64,000 bases of DNA from an uncultured Pelagibacteraceae bacterium (GTDB lineage: Bacteria > Pseudomonadota > Alphaproteobacteria > Pelagibacterales > AG-422-B15). Below the pieces are notes generated by a model, which was not told where the DNA came from, did not search any database, and saw only the letters and a program-made list of their open reading frames with translations. The translations under genes were made by a program, and so were the position numbers. The stretch covers positions 117,151 to 181,150 of the forward strand of contig CACHAK010000001.1 in NCBI GenBank assembly GCA_902577765.1, read 5' to 3'. Shown one piece after another: positions 38,234-49,344 of the stretch; the first letter of the stretch is position 1; each line of letters starts with the position of its first letter.

Positions 38234-40056
38234 TGTGCGGTATCATTGGTATAGCTTCTAAAGAGAATGTATCCTCGAATATTATAAATGCATTAAAGAA
38301 ATTAGAATATCGTGGTTACGACTCTGCTGGTATTGCAATAATCTCTTCCAAGAAGATCAATCAAAGAAAAGTAAAAGGTAAGCTTGATAATTTGATTTAT
38401 GCTCTTCAGAAAGATCAATTTGATGGCAATACGGGAATAGGTCATACTCGTTGGGCTACTCATGGGGAACCTTCAGATAAAAATGCACATCCCCATTCAT
38501 CAACCTCTGTATCGCTTGTACATAACGGAATAATTGAAAATGCTGCAGATTTAAAAAAATTAAAGGAAGTAAAAGATTACCACTTTGAGTCCGACACTGA
38601 CTCTGAAGTAATTACTGCGTTATTAACGTTTTATCTAAAGGAGGGTCTGAGCCACCTAGAGAGTGTTCAAAAAACAATTTCTTCTCTAGAGGGATCATAC
38701 GCACTAGCAATCATTTTTAGTGATAGTAAAGACACCATTTATGGTGCTAAGAATGGAAGCCCACTTGTTGCAGGTACAAATGGAGTTGGTAATTCAATAG
38801 GATCTGACTCGATTGCACTAAGCTCAGTTGCCAATAAAGTGTGTTACTTGGAAGACGGGGATATAACAGTATTAAACAAAGAAAGTATAGAAATTTATAA
38901 CCTGGAGGGCGAAATAGCGAATAGAGAATTTGTTGAAATAGGAATAAACGAATCAGAAGTCTCAAAAGGTCCTTACAAACATTTTATGGAGAAAGAAATA
39001 CATGAACACCCTCATGCAGTAGGTGAAACATTTCGACAATTTATAGATTACGATAAGGGCTCAATCGCAATTTCAAATATTAGTTTAAATTTTGATAAAA
39101 TTTCAAAGATTTATCTGGTTGCTTGCGGAACAGCTTATTACTCATGTTTGGTGGGAAAATATTATTTTGAACAATATGCAAGGACACCGGTTGAATGCGA
39201 TATGGCATCAGAGTTTCGTTATCGTGATCCAGTAATTGAACAAAATGCATTATGTATATTTGTTTCTCAATCTGGTGAAACCGCCGATACTAAAGCTGCA
39301 TTAGATTATTGTAGAAAGCAAAAAATTCAGACGTTGAGTATTGTAAACGTTAAAAATAGCTCAATTGCAAGAGATAGTGATCACTGTATTTATACTAAGG
39401 CAGGAGCAGAAATAGGGGTTGCTTCAACGAAGGCATTTACTGCTCAATTATCAGCACTTTTATCTCTCTCAATTCATTTAGCATCAGAAAAAAATTTCAT
39501 GTCTATTGAGGAAAATCTAAAATTATGTAAGGAGATTATGCAAGCACCTCTATTGCTTGAACAGGCAATAGAGAGATCTTATTCACTAAAAGACACGGCA
39601 AAAGCAATTATAAATGCCAAGGGTGTAATGTATCTTGGCCGCGGTACTGCGTTTCCATTAGCACTGGAAGGAGCATTAAAGTTTAAAGAAATATCATATA
39701 TTCACGCAGAGGGATATCCTGCAGGTGAAATGAAACATGGTCCACTTGCTTTAATTGAAAAAGATTTGCCAGTTGTGTGCATTGTTCCACCGGGTCCGCT
39801 ATTCCATAAAACAATTTCAAACATACAAGAAGTTATTGCTCGTGGAGGTAAAATATTAATGATAACAGACGATGAAACATTAGAGTCAAATTCTGAAAAT
39901 ATTTGGGAAGTTTTTCGCTTACCAAAATGCCCCAAATCAATTGAGGCAATCGTTTATTCAGTTCCAATTCATATGCTTGCCTATTATACGGCGGTTGAGC
40001 TTGGTAATGATGTCGATCAGCCAAGAAATCTTGCTAAGTCTGTTACTGTTGAATAA
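38233..40056 (+). CDS. glmS: Glutamine-fructose-6-phosphate aminotransferase
   Basis: MCGIIGI N-terminal nucleophile, two SIS domains, and C-terminal NLAKSVTVE. Start overlaps the glmU stop by 1 nt. Confidence 0.95.
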   Translation: MCGIIGIASKENVSSNIINALKKLEYRGYDSAGIAIISSKKINQRKVKGKLDNLIYALQKDQFDGNTGIGHTRWATHGEPSDKNAHPHSSTSVSLVHNGIIENAADLKKLKEVKDYHFESDTDSEVITALLTFYLKEGLSHLESVQKTISSLEGSYALAIIFSDSKDTIYGAKNGSPLVAGTNGVGNSIGSDSIALSSVANKVCYLEDGDITVLNKESIEIYNLEGEIANREFVEIGINESEVSKGPYKHFMEKEIHEHPHAVGETFRQFIDYDKGSIAISNISLNFDKISKIYLVACGTAYYSCLVGKYYFEQYARTPVECDMASEFRYRDPVIEQNALCIFVSQSGETADTKAALDYCRKQKIQTLSIVNVKNSSIARDSDHCIYTKAGAEIGVASTKAFTAQLSALLSLSIHLASEKNFMSIEENLKLCKEIMQAPLLLEQAIERSYSLKDTAKAIINAKGVMYLGRGTAFPLALEGALKFKEISYIHAEGYPAGEMKHGPLALIEKDLPVVCIVPPGPLFHKTISNIQEVIARGGKILMITDDETLESNSENIWEVFRLPKCPKSIEAIVYSVPIHMLAYYTAVELGNDVDQPRNLAKSVTVE

Positions 40057-40097
40057 TTTATTGACACAAAAACTGACAACATATTATCTTTGTTTAA

Positions 40098-41168
40098 ATG
40101 TTGGCAAAAATAAGCATTCTTATTTTTTTATTTTTTTTCAATGCAATAAGTTTCATTCACGCATATGAAGTTTCACCTGGTGTTTTGAGAACGCCAGATA
40201 CACAATTTGAAAATCTAAAAGATTATCCATTTGAGCCAAATTATATTGAAATTGACGGTCTAAGAATTCACTACCTCGATGAAGGACCTAAAGATGGTGA
40301 TCCAATTTTTCTTCTTCATGGCTTACCAACTTGGAGTTATCTATTTAGAACAATGATACCGGTGTTAACTGACGCAGGTCATAGAGTCATTGTTCCTGAC
40401 TTAGTAGGATTTGGAAAGTCAGATAAATTGATATCTAAATATGACTATAGTTATGAGTTTCATATCAACACTATGAAGGCTTTGGTGGTGCAACTTGATT
40501 TAAGAGAAGCTACATTCTTTGGACAAGATTGGGGAGGCATGATCGGACTTCGGGTTGTAGCTGAGATGCCTGATCGTTTTGCAAGAGTTGTTGTTTCAAA
40601 TACAGGCATGGCTGCTAGAGATGGAATAACTGCATGGCTATTTGAGAATTTTGTAAAATTTATGGTCTGGTGGAATGGAGATGTCACTTTTGAGGAACTT
40701 AAGACTGCTGCCGATAAAGCACTAATGTTGGAAGAGCCATCACCACTTGAAGGTATGAGAATGTTTTCAAAATGGATTGCACACTCGTATTACTCGGACG
40801 ATATGGATGTATCAGGAATTATTTCTACCTTCGGGCGTTTAGAGCTATCTGATGAGCAAATCAGAGCTTATGAAGCTCCGTATCCTTCAGGTAAATACAA
40901 AGCAGGAGCTCATGTCATGGCTTATTTTATACCAACACAATTATCCGAGAATGAGAAATACTGGAAAGATGTTTATGAAAAATGGGAGAAACCTTTTCTT
41001 GTGGCGTTTGGAGATAATGAACGAATAACATTAACTATGAAGGAAGATTTTTTGACTAGGATACCAAACCCGACTGTTGTTAACTTGGAAGGAGTTGGAC
41101 ATTTCTGTCAAGAAGAGGCCGGTCCTGAACTAGCAAACTTAATAAATGATTTTATTCTAAAAGACTAG
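40098..41168 (+). CDS. Haloalkane dehalogenase, HLD-I (DhlA-like), with N-terminal signal peptide
   Basis: Aligns by eye with Xanthobacter DhlA as recalled: LRTPDxxFxNLxxYPFxPNY, HGxPTWSYLxRxMIPV, PDxxGFGKSDK, nucleophile QDWGG, ITAW (second halide Trp), FGDNE acid, and GHFCQEE His. About 28 extra N-terminal residues form a Sec-like signal (…ISFIHA/YE). Confidence 0.8.
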   Translation: MLAKISILIFLFFFNAISFIHAYEVSPGVLRTPDTQFENLKDYPFEPNYIEIDGLRIHYLDEGPKDGDPIFLLHGLPTWSYLFRTMIPVLTDAGHRVIVPDLVGFGKSDKLISKYDYSYEFHINTMKALVVQLDLREATFFGQDWGGMIGLRVVAEMPDRFARVVVSNTGMAARDGITAWLFENFVKFMVWWNGDVTFEELKTAADKALMLEEPSPLEGMRMFSKWIAHSYYSDDMDVSGIISTFGRLELSDEQIRAYEAPYPSGKYKAGAHVMAYFIPTQLSENEKYWKDVYEKWEKPFLVAFGDNERITLTMKEDFLTRIPNPTVVNLEGVGHFCQEEAGPELANLINDFILKD

Positions 41169-41222
41169 AAAATATAAAATTTATATCTATTATAAATTGT
41201 ACTTTTATTTAAAATTAAACAT

Positions 41223-41903
41223 ATGACTGTAACTTTAAGATCAGATGGAGATGTTTCAATCATTCAAATGGATGATGGCAAAGTAAATGTATTTTCACCT
41301 GACATGATAAAAAATTTTAGTGAGATATTAGATCAAGTTCCATCTGATAAAGGTTCTGTTTTAATAGCAGGTCGAGAAGGAATGTTCTCTGCTGGGTTTG
41401 ATTTAAAAGTAATGATGTCTAGTCCAGAAAACGCTGCTGACATGGTTAAAAGTGGTTTTAATTTATTATTAAAAATTTTTACTTTTCCAAGACCGATTGT
41501 TGCAGCCTGTAGCGGACACGCAATCGCGCTTGGCGCCTTTTTACTTTGTAGCTGTGATCATCGAATAGGAATTAAAGGTGACTTCAAAATTGGAGCTAAC
41601 GAATTAAGAAATAACATGATTATTCCAACACCAATACTTGAACTTGCAAAATTTAAATTGACAAAACCACACAAGCAGAGAGCGCTATTAAATGCAGAAA
41701 TGTATTCAATAGAAGATGCTATTGCTCCTGGTTATTTAGATGAAGTAACTGAACATGAAAAGTTAATGGAGCTTGCATTGGCTAAAGCAAAAGATCTGGC
41801 AACACTCGCTCATCCACAATATCAGCAAACCAAAAAACTTGATCAGGAAGATGTGGCAGCAAAAATAAGTGCTGGGATAGATACCTTAGGATCAATAAAC
41901 TAA
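41223..41903 (+). CDS. Crotonase-fold enoyl-CoA hydratase/isomerase family protein
   Basis: GREGMFSAGFDLKVM oxyanion-hole region and ACSGHAIALGAFLL; 226 aa. Confidence 0.75.
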   Translation: MTVTLRSDGDVSIIQMDDGKVNVFSPDMIKNFSEILDQVPSDKGSVLIAGREGMFSAGFDLKVMMSSPENAADMVKSGFNLLLKIFTFPRPIVAACSGHAIALGAFLLCSCDHRIGIKGDFKIGANELRNNMIIPTPILELAKFKLTKPHKQRALLNAEMYSIEDAIAPGYLDEVTEHEKLMELALAKAKDLATLAHPQYQQTKKLDQEDVAAKISAGIDTLGSIN

Positions 41904-41986
41904 GTAAAATCAATGTATTTTACTGAAACTCTAGTATTTTACTTTATTTAGTACTATAAAGCCCGCAAAACGAATATTTAAAAAAT

Positions 41987-43366
41987 ATGAAGAAATGGTC
42001 TGTTAACAGCTGGAGAAATTACGAGGCTAAGCATTTACCAGAGTATCCAGATGAGAAAAAATTAGAAAAAACTGAAGATCAGTTAAGATCTTATCCACCA
42101 CTTGTTTTTGCAGGTGAAGCAAGAGACTTAAAAAGGAATCTTGCCAAAGTTTCAGAGGGTAAAGCATTTTTACTGCAAGGCGGTGATTGTGCGGAAAGTT
42201 TTGATGATTTCAATGCAGATTACATAAGAGATACATTTAAAGTATTGTTGCAAATGTCAGTCACATTAACTGCTGCGGGTAATTGCCCTGTCGTAAAAGT
42301 TGGAAGAATGGCAGGTCAGTTTGCAAAACCACGAAGTGCCCCTAAAGAAGAAATAGATGGTGTTGAGTTAGATAGCTATAAAGGTGACATTATAAATGAT
42401 ATGGACTTTACTGAAGATGCGAGAGTTCCCGATCCTGATCGTATGATCAGAGCATACACACAATCAGCTGCTACACTTAATTTATTAAGAGCTTTTGCTA
42501 AAGGTGGATTTTCAGATTTAAATAAAGTTCATCAATGGAATATGGGATTTGTAGATGAAAGTCCTCAAGGGAAGAAATTTAGAGAACTAGCAAATAAAAT
42601 CTCGGATACATTATCTTTTATGGAAGCTATTGGAATTTCCTCAAGAAACACAAAACGTTTAAGAAGCGTTGACTTCTTTACAAGTCACGAGGCTTTATTG
42701 CTTCCTTATGAAGAATGTCTGACGCGACTTGATAGTACATCAGGTGAGGTCTATGACACATCAGCTCACATGGTTTGGATCGGTGATCGAACCAGACAGC
42801 CTGACGGAGCACATGTAGAATTTTGCAGAGGGATTAAAAATCCAATTGGAATAAAATGCGGACCATCTTTAGATCCTGAGGAATTGAAACAACTTCTTGA
42901 TATTCTGAACCCTGAGAATGAGGCTGGAAAAATAACATTAATTTGTCGATTTGGTTCTGAGACTATAAATGAAAAGTTACCAAAGCTTATACAACCGTTT
43001 TTAAATTCAGATCACAATTTAGTTTGGTCTTGTGATCCAATGCACGGTAACACCATGAAAGCTAATTCAGGCTTTAAAACAAGGCCGTTTGAAAGTGTTC
43101 TTAAAGAAGTCGAGACATTTTTTGATATTCATCATCAAATGGGAACATACCCAGGTGGAGTACATTTAGAAATGACAGGTCAAAATGTAACTGAATGTAT
43201 TGGTGGCGCTCAAGCCATTAAGGATGAAGATCTTTCAGCAAGATATCATACCCACTGTGATCCAAGGCTGAATGCAAATCAAGCACTTGAACTTGCATTT
43301 TTAATATCTGAAAAGCTCAGAGAGTCCCAAGAACCAAATAATTCAAAGATTACGATTGCTAAGTAA
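41987..43366 (+). CDS. 3-deoxy-7-phosphoheptulonate (DAHP) synthase, class II
   Basis: WSxxSWR...QxPxYPD N-terminus, [23 protein letters not shown], and DPMHGNT; 459 aa. Confidence 0.9.
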   Translation: MKKWSVNSWRNYEAKHLPEYPDEKKLEKTEDQLRSYPPLVFAGEARDLKRNLAKVSEGKAFLLQGGDCAESFDDFNADYIRDTFKVLLQMSVTLTAAGNCPVVKVGRMAGQFAKPRSAPKEEIDGVELDSYKGDIINDMDFTEDARVPDPDRMIRAYTQSAATLNLLRAFAKGGFSDLNKVHQWNMGFVDESPQGKKFRELANKISDTLSFMEAIGISSRNTKRLRSVDFFTSHEALLLPYEECLTRLDSTSGEVYDTSAHMVWIGDRTRQPDGAHVEFCRGIKNPIGIKCGPSLDPEELKQLLDILNPENEAGKITLICRFGSETINEKLPKLIQPFLNSDHNLVWSCDPMHGNTMKANSGFKTRPFESVLKEVETFFDIHHQMGTYPGGVHLEMTGQNVTECIGGAQAIKDEDLSARYHTHCDPRLNANQALELAFLISEKLRESQEPNNSKITIAK

Positions 43367-43401
43367 TTGCGACTAAATTATTTAGTTGTAAGATCAGTCA
43401 A

Positions 43402-45051
43402 ATGACAGAAAAAACCTCCATATTAATCGTTCAGTCCAATCCACAAGTGGGAAATATTGATAAGAATAAACAAATTGTGATTGATCATATTGAAAGCAAT
43501 AAATCTGACCTCATAATTTTCTCTGAATTGATGCTCACAGGTTACCCGCCAGAAGATTTAGTTTTAAAACCAGCTTTTATGGAAAAAGTTAACAATGCAA
43601 TTTCAGATATTTTGAATTGTTCTAAAAATAGTAATTCAACAATAATCATAGGCACTCCTTTTTTGGAAGAGAGCAAACTGTTCAATACAGCTCTAGTAAT
43701 TAAAAAGGGTAAGATCTTACATAAACATCATAAAATGGCTTTGCCGAACTATGGAGTATTTGATGAAAAAAGAATTTTCTCAAATGGAGAGAAGGTCAGC
43801 ATAATCGAATTTAATGGAATTAAATTGGGTCTATTTATTTGTGAGGATATATGGGTGAACGAAACAATTGTTGAGATTGATAAAAATGAAATTGATTTGG
43901 CGGTATCATTAAATGCATCTCCATTTGATATAAATAAAATTGAGGAAAGAGAAAAAAAAGCACTCAGTTTTGCAAACTCTATTGATGCTCCTTTAATTTA
44001 TGTAAATCAAGTTGGAGGTCAAGATGAGATAGTTTTTGACGGATCTTCCTTCTTATGTGATCAAAAAAAGGTAATTTCTAAATTCAAATACTGCACTGAA
44101 GAAAGTAGGGAATATACATTCAACATCAATACTATGACTTTTGATATTGAAGAAGAGGTACCTCTCAGTATTGACAAGCAAGATATTGTCTATTCCAATC
44201 TTATGCTCGGGCTAAGAGACTATGTTGAAAAAAATAAATTTCCTGGAGTTGTCATTGGCATTTCAGGAGGTATAGACAGTGCATTTAGCGCGGTTGTTGC
44301 AACCGATGCACTAGGACCTGAAAGAGTAAAAGGCATTTTAATGCCATCTCAGTTTACAAGTGAGGAAAGTAATGAGGATGCAAATCAGCTAGGCAAAAAA
44401 TTAGGTATCGAGTTAATAAGTGTTTCTATAAAAGATATCGTAAATTCATACGATAGCACTCTTTCAAATTTATTTGCGGGTAAAGAAAAAGATATTACTG
44501 AAGAAAATATTCAATCAAGAACCAGAGGCGCTATATTAATGGCCTATTCAAACAAGTTTGGCCATATGGTAGTTACTAATGGCAATAAATCAGAAGTCTC
44601 AGTTGGATATTCAACTTTATATGGAGATATGTGCGGGGGGTTTTCAGTAGTTAAGGATATTTATAAATCTGATTTATATAAACTTTCCGAATGGAGAAAC
44701 TATAATCTTCCATCATTTTCAGCAATTAAAGCAAAGGAAGTTATTCCTAAAAATATTATAACAAAAGAGCCCACTGCTGAACTTAAAGAGGATCAGAAAG
44801 ATAGCGACTCTCTTCCGCCCTATGATGTCTTGGATAAAATTTTGTACTTACTTGTTGAAAAAGAAAGTTCAATTAACGAGATTATTTCGAGAGGTTATGA
44901 GCCAAGCTTGGTTACAAAAGTTCAAAATTTGCTCTATAATTCTGAATATAAAAGACGACAAGCTGCTCCGGGTGTAAAAATTTCAGAAAGAAATTTTGGA
45001 TATGACAGACGATACCCAATAACAAATGCATTCAGAGATAAGGAAAAATAG
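43402..45051 (+). CDS. nadE: Glutamine-dependent NAD+ synthetase
   Basis: N-terminal CN-hydrolase domain (FSELMLTGYPPEDL, ICEDIW) plus the NAD synthetase domain (GISGGIDSA). Confidence 0.9.
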   Translation: MTEKTSILIVQSNPQVGNIDKNKQIVIDHIESNKSDLIIFSELMLTGYPPEDLVLKPAFMEKVNNAISDILNCSKNSNSTIIIGTPFLEESKLFNTALVIKKGKILHKHHKMALPNYGVFDEKRIFSNGEKVSIIEFNGIKLGLFICEDIWVNETIVEIDKNEIDLAVSLNASPFDINKIEEREKKALSFANSIDAPLIYVNQVGGQDEIVFDGSSFLCDQKKVISKFKYCTEESREYTFNINTMTFDIEEEVPLSIDKQDIVYSNLMLGLRDYVEKNKFPGVVIGISGGIDSAFSAVVATDALGPERVKGILMPSQFTSEESNEDANQLGKKLGIELISVSIKDIVNSYDSTLSNLFAGKEKDITEENIQSRTRGAILMAYSNKFGHMVVTNGNKSEVSVGYSTLYGDMCGGFSVVKDIYKSDLYKLSEWRNYNLPSFSAIKAKEVIPKNIITKEPTAELKEDQKDSDSLPPYDVLDKILYLLVEKESSINEIISRGYEPSLVTKVQNLLYNSEYKRRQAAPGVKISERNFGYDRRYPITNAFRDKEK

Positions 45052-46380
45052 ATGACAACGATAACAAGATTTGCCCCTAGTCCAACTGGATTATTGCACT
45101 TGGGTAATATCAGAACAGCCCTCATAAATTGGTTGTATGCTAAAAATAGCGGTGGAAAATTTATTCTTCGAATTGATGATACCGATCAAGAGAGGTCAAA
45201 AGATGAATACATTTCTCAAATAAAGTATGATTTGGAGTGGCTAGGAATAGACTACGACGAGACTTTCAATCAATCTTCTAGATTTGAAAGATATAAAGAG
45301 CAATTCGAAAAATTAAAATCTGATGGCAGGATATATGCTTGCTATGAAACTCCTGAGGAGCTTGAGAGAAAAAGAAAGCTTCAAATGGCTGCCGGTGGAA
45401 AACAAGTGTATGACCGTTCTGCATTAAAATTAACGGAGCAACAAATAAAAAAATATGAGAATGATGGAAGAAAACCTCATTGGCGATTTCTTCTTCAAAC
45501 AGAACGCATGAAATGGAATGATTTATTAAAGGGTGAAATTGATATTGATTTAACAAGCTTATCAGATCCAGTTTTATTTCGAGAAGATGGTGTTCCACTT
45601 TATACATTCAGTTCTGCTGTAGATGACGTTGATTATAATATTACTAATGTAATTAGAGGAGATGATCACACTAGCAATACTGCTGTACAAATTGAAATCA
45701 TAAATGCATTGGATAAAAATAAAATTTCATTTGCACATCATGCCCTTTTAAAGGCATCTACAGGAGACAAACTATCAAAAAGAGACAATGTAATATCAAT
45801 CGATAGTTTCAGAAAAGATAATATTGAGCCCATCTCAATTCTCAGTTTACTAGCAACGATTGGAACTTCTAATTCAATTGAACTAAAAAGTGGGATAAAA
45901 CAAATCATTGAAGAATTTAAACTTGAGACGATTTCAACATCACCAGGACGCATCGAAATTGATGTCCTAAAAGCGCTTAACAAAAAACAAGTCCAAAAAT
46001 TTGATTATGAGGAAATTCAATCAAGACTTACTGAGATTGATGAAAATGTTGATAAAAAGTTTTGGGATACCATAAAAGGCAATTTGGAAACTGTTGAAGA
46101 AATATCTTCTTGGACTGACGTTGTATTTAACAGTAAGCCCGCTGTGTCTGATGATAAAGATTATATAAAATTAGCATTAGAGTTAATGCCAGAGGAACCT
46201 TGGGATGATGATACTTGGACTACTTGGACGAATACCATAAAAGAAAAAACAGGACGCAAGGGCAAAGAATTGTTTCTCCCATTGCGAGTAGCATTCACAG
46301 GACTGACTCATGGTCCAGAAATGAAGCTTCTCATACAACTAATTGGTAGAGACAAAATTGTTGAGAGGACTCAGACTTAA
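45052..46380 (+). CDS. gltX: Glutamyl-tRNA synthetase
   Basis: RFAPSPTGLLHLGNIRTA (HIGH) and KLSKR (KMSKS-like). Starts immediately after the nadE stop. Confidence 0.9.
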   Translation: MTTITRFAPSPTGLLHLGNIRTALINWLYAKNSGGKFILRIDDTDQERSKDEYISQIKYDLEWLGIDYDETFNQSSRFERYKEQFEKLKSDGRIYACYETPEELERKRKLQMAAGGKQVYDRSALKLTEQQIKKYENDGRKPHWRFLLQTERMKWNDLLKGEIDIDLTSLSDPVLFREDGVPLYTFSSAVDDVDYNITNVIRGDDHTSNTAVQIEIINALDKNKISFAHHALLKASTGDKLSKRDNVISIDSFRKDNIEPISILSLLATIGTSNSIELKSGIKQIIEEFKLETISTSPGRIEIDVLKALNKKQVQKFDYEEIQSRLTEIDENVDKKFWDTIKGNLETVEEISSWTDVVFNSKPAVSDDKDYIKLALELMPEEPWDDDTWTTWTNTIKEKTGRKGKELFLPLRVAFTGLTHGPEMKLLIQLIGRDKIVERTQT

Positions 46381-47745
46381 ATGGACTTAATGCTTTACGA
46401 TACATTTACCAATTCAAAAAAGAAGTTTGAACCAATTGATCCAAATAATGTGCGCATGTACGTATGTGGGCCAACTGTTTACGATTATGCACATGTAGGC
46501 AATGCTCGACCAGTTATAGTATTTGATATTTTATTTCGATTACTCCAAAAAATTTATGGCAGCGAAAATGTAACTTATGTAAGAAATATCACTGACGTTG
46601 ATGATAAAATTATACACGCAGCAAATGATCAAAATGAAGACATTGGAATACTTACAGAAAAGACAATTAATTATTTTCATGACGATGCGAAATATATTGG
46701 TGCTTTAAAACCTACATTTGAGCCAAGAGCAACTGAACATATACCTGAGATGATCGAGTTGATTGAAAAACTCATATCAAAAGAGTTTGCATATGTAGCG
46801 GATGGTAATGTTCTTTTTTCTTCCAATAAATTTAAAGAATATGGAAAACTCTCTGGCAAGAATTTAGATGAAATGGTTGCTGGTTCGCGTGTAGGTTTAG
46901 AAAGTTATAAAAAAGAAGAATCTGACTTTGTATTATGGAAACCTTCAAAAGAAGATGAGCCCAGTTGGAAAAGCCCATGGGGAGATGGGAGACCTGGCTG
47001 GCACATTGAGTGCTCTGCAATGAGTGAAAAACTTTTAGGTGAAAATTTTGATATTCACGGAGGAGGCCAAGATTTAATATTTCCACATCATGAGAATGAA
47101 ATTGCTCAAAGTGAGTGTGCAAATAATAACAAATTTGCAAATTATTGGGTTCACAATGGCTTTGTCACTGTTGAAGGTAATAAAATGTCAAAGTCTGATG
47201 GTAATTTTGTAACTGTAAATGAGTTAAAAGATAGTTTCCAAGGGGAAGTTATTAGGCTTACCATGATATCAACCCACTACAGACAACCTCTAAATTGGAC
47301 CAAGGATAACCTCAATGAAAGTAAAAAAACATTAGATAAATGGTACACATTTTTGAGCAATTTTAATCATGATGAATTAAAAGATGCAAATAATGATAAT
47401 GAAATTATGGAAACATTGTTGGATGATATGAATACACCCAAAGCTATCAGCGTGCTTCATCAAAAATTTAAAGACTGCCAATCAGGTGATAAAGGCTTAG
47501 TAAGCAATTTTTTGTATTCAGCAAATATGCTTGGACTTTTAAACGAAAAACCATCTGAATGGCTTTCCTGGAAAAAGGAAAATTTAAATATTAATACCGC
47601 TCAAGTTGAGTTGCTTATTGCTCAAAGAAATGAGGCACGATCAAACAAAAACTTTGATGATGCTGATAGGATCCGAGATGAATTAGACAAAATGGGAGTT
47701 ATCCTTGAAGATCAAGGTGATGAAACAACTTGGAAAGTTAAGTAA
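46381..47745 (+). CDS. cysS: Cysteinyl-tRNA synthetase
   Basis: MYVCGPTVYDYAHVGNARP, WHIECS, and KMSKS. Starts immediately after the gltX stop. Confidence 0.95.
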   Translation: MDLMLYDTFTNSKKKFEPIDPNNVRMYVCGPTVYDYAHVGNARPVIVFDILFRLLQKIYGSENVTYVRNITDVDDKIIHAANDQNEDIGILTEKTINYFHDDAKYIGALKPTFEPRATEHIPEMIELIEKLISKEFAYVADGNVLFSSNKFKEYGKLSGKNLDEMVAGSRVGLESYKKEESDFVLWKPSKEDEPSWKSPWGDGRPGWHIECSAMSEKLLGENFDIHGGGQDLIFPHHENEIAQSECANNNKFANYWVHNGFVTVEGNKMSKSDGNFVTVNELKDSFQGEVIRLTMISTHYRQPLNWTKDNLNESKKTLDKWYTFLSNFNHDELKDANNDNEIMETLLDDMNTPKAISVLHQKFKDCQSGDKGLVSNFLYSANMLGLLNEKPSEWLSWKKENLNINTAQVELLIAQRNEARSNKNFDDADRIRDELDKMGVILEDQGDETTWKVK

Positions 47746-49338
47746 GTGAAAGAAAAATTATACATATTTGATACGACTCTTAGAGATGGAGCTCAAACTT
47801 ACGGTGTTGATTTTAATGTTGATGAAAAAAAGCTTCTCGCAAAGAAATTAGATGAGCTTGGTGTTGACTATATTGAGGGTGGATGGCCAGGAGCAAACTC
47901 AACTGATACTAAGTTTTTTAATGAAGATTTAAAATTTAAAAACTCAATGTTCACAGCGTTTGGCATGACTAAAAAATCTGGTCGCAGTGCGGAAAATGAT
48001 CCTGGTTTGGCTGCAATGATAAATATTAATGCGCCTTCAGCATGTGTTGTTGGAAAATCTTGGGATTTCCATGTTGATCTTGCACTGGGAATTACCAATC
48101 AGGAAAATTTAGAAAATATTGGAGAGTCAGTAAAATTTTTAGCAAAAACGAAAAAAGAAGTGCATTTCGATGCTGAACATTTTTTTGATGGTTACAAATC
48201 TAATCCAAATTATGCAATTGAATGTCTTAAAGCTGCAAAGTCAAATGGCGCACGGTGGCTTGTTCTTTGTGACACGAATGGAGGAACCCTTCCCCATGAA
48301 GTTGAAGATATCGTTTCAAAAGTTTCTAAAGAAATTTCAGGAGATCATCTTGGAATTCATGCACATAATGACACAGGTAATGCAGTCGCCAATACTCTTG
48401 CAGCTGTAAGAGCAGGTGCAAGACAGGTTCAGGGTACAATAAATGGTTTAGGTGAAAGATGTGGAAACGCTAATCTAATTTCACTATTACCAACATTTGC
48501 TTTTAAAAATGAATTTGAAAACAAATTTGACTTATCAATTAATAGAGAACGACTTAATCTTTTAACCGAGCTTTCAAGGCTCCTTGATGAAATCTTAAAC
48601 AGAGTCCCAAATCGAACAGCACCTTACGTTGGCTCTTCTGCTTTTGCACATAAGGGTGGATTACACGTTTCTGCGGTCAATAAAGATCCAAAGACTTACG
48701 AACACATCAATCCTGAACTTGTGGGCAATCAAAGGCAAATTATCATCTCTGAACAATCAGGAAAATCTAATATTTTATCAAAGTTAAAATCAGCAGGCAT
48801 AGAAGTTAATGAAGACGATAAGACAATTCAAAAAATCTTAGATCGAGTAAAAGAAAGAGAATTTAATGGGTACTCCTACGATGGCGCCGATGCTTCTTTT
48901 GAAATTCTTGTTAATAAAGTACTTAGCAAAATGCCAGAATATTTTGAAGTAATTAGTTTTAATGTGAATGTACAAAATTCAGGTGAAGAGGGGCAAACTA
49001 TGTCAGAAGCTTCTGTGAAATTAAAAATTGATAATGATGAAATTATTGGTACCGGTAAAGGAGTTGGTCCAGTCAATGCATTGGATAATGCTCTTCGAAA
49101 TAATTTTAAGTCAAGCTGTTATGCTGAGTACATAAACGATTTATCATTAATTGATTATAAGGTTCGAATTCTCAATACAGGTACCGATGCGATAACTCGT
49201 GTTTCAATTGAAAGTTCTGATGCAAATAAAAAAAGTTGGTACACAATAGGTGTTTCAGAAAATATTATTGAAGCATCTTTTAGAGCTCTTATTGATAGTG
49301 TTGAATTTAAATTAATGAAAGAACAAGTAAAATTTTAA
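47746..49338 (+). CDS. cimA: Citramalate synthase (LeuA/CimA family, long form)
   Basis: FDTTLRDGAQ, HAHNDTGNAVANTLAAV, and a C-terminal LeuA-dimer-type regulatory domain. 530 aa with a GTG start. CimA versus LeuA cannot be separated with certainty by eye. Confidence 0.75.
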   Translation: MKEKLYIFDTTLRDGAQTYGVDFNVDEKKLLAKKLDELGVDYIEGGWPGANSTDTKFFNEDLKFKNSMFTAFGMTKKSGRSAENDPGLAAMININAPSACVVGKSWDFHVDLALGITNQENLENIGESVKFLAKTKKEVHFDAEHFFDGYKSNPNYAIECLKAAKSNGARWLVLCDTNGGTLPHEVEDIVSKVSKEISGDHLGIHAHNDTGNAVANTLAAVRAGARQVQGTINGLGERCGNANLISLLPTFAFKNEFENKFDLSINRERLNLLTELSRLLDEILNRVPNRTAPYVGSSAFAHKGGLHVSAVNKDPKTYEHINPELVGNQRQIIISEQSGKSNILSKLKSAGIEVNEDDKTIQKILDRVKEREFNGYSYDGADASFEILVNKVLSKMPEYFEVISFNVNVQNSGEEGQTMSEASVKLKIDNDEIIGTGKGVGPVNALDNALRNNFKSSCYAEYINDLSLIDYKVRILNTGTDAITRVSIESSDANKKSWYTIGVSENIIEASFRALIDSVEFKLMKEQVKF

Positions 49339-49344
49339 ATTCAA

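Noticed and set aside
38200-38240. glmS ribozyme or another leader RNA upstream of glmS
   Set aside because: The glmU stop overlaps the glmS start by 1 nt, so there is no leader. As far as I recall, the ribozyme is mainly found in Gram-positive bacteria.
40061-40089. TTGACA at 40061-40066 as a promoter for the dehalogenase gene
   Set aside because: The -10 partner is poor: TTATCT at 17 nt, or TATTAT at only 15 nt. This is too weak to call in AT-rich DNA.
41915-41943. Direct repeat GTATTTTACT (41915-41924 and 41934-41943) upstream of the DAHP synthase gene as a regulator binding site
   Set aside because: It is a short AT-rich repeat in an AT-rich spacer, which is plausible by chance. There is no dyad symmetry or known motif, so it is not annotated.
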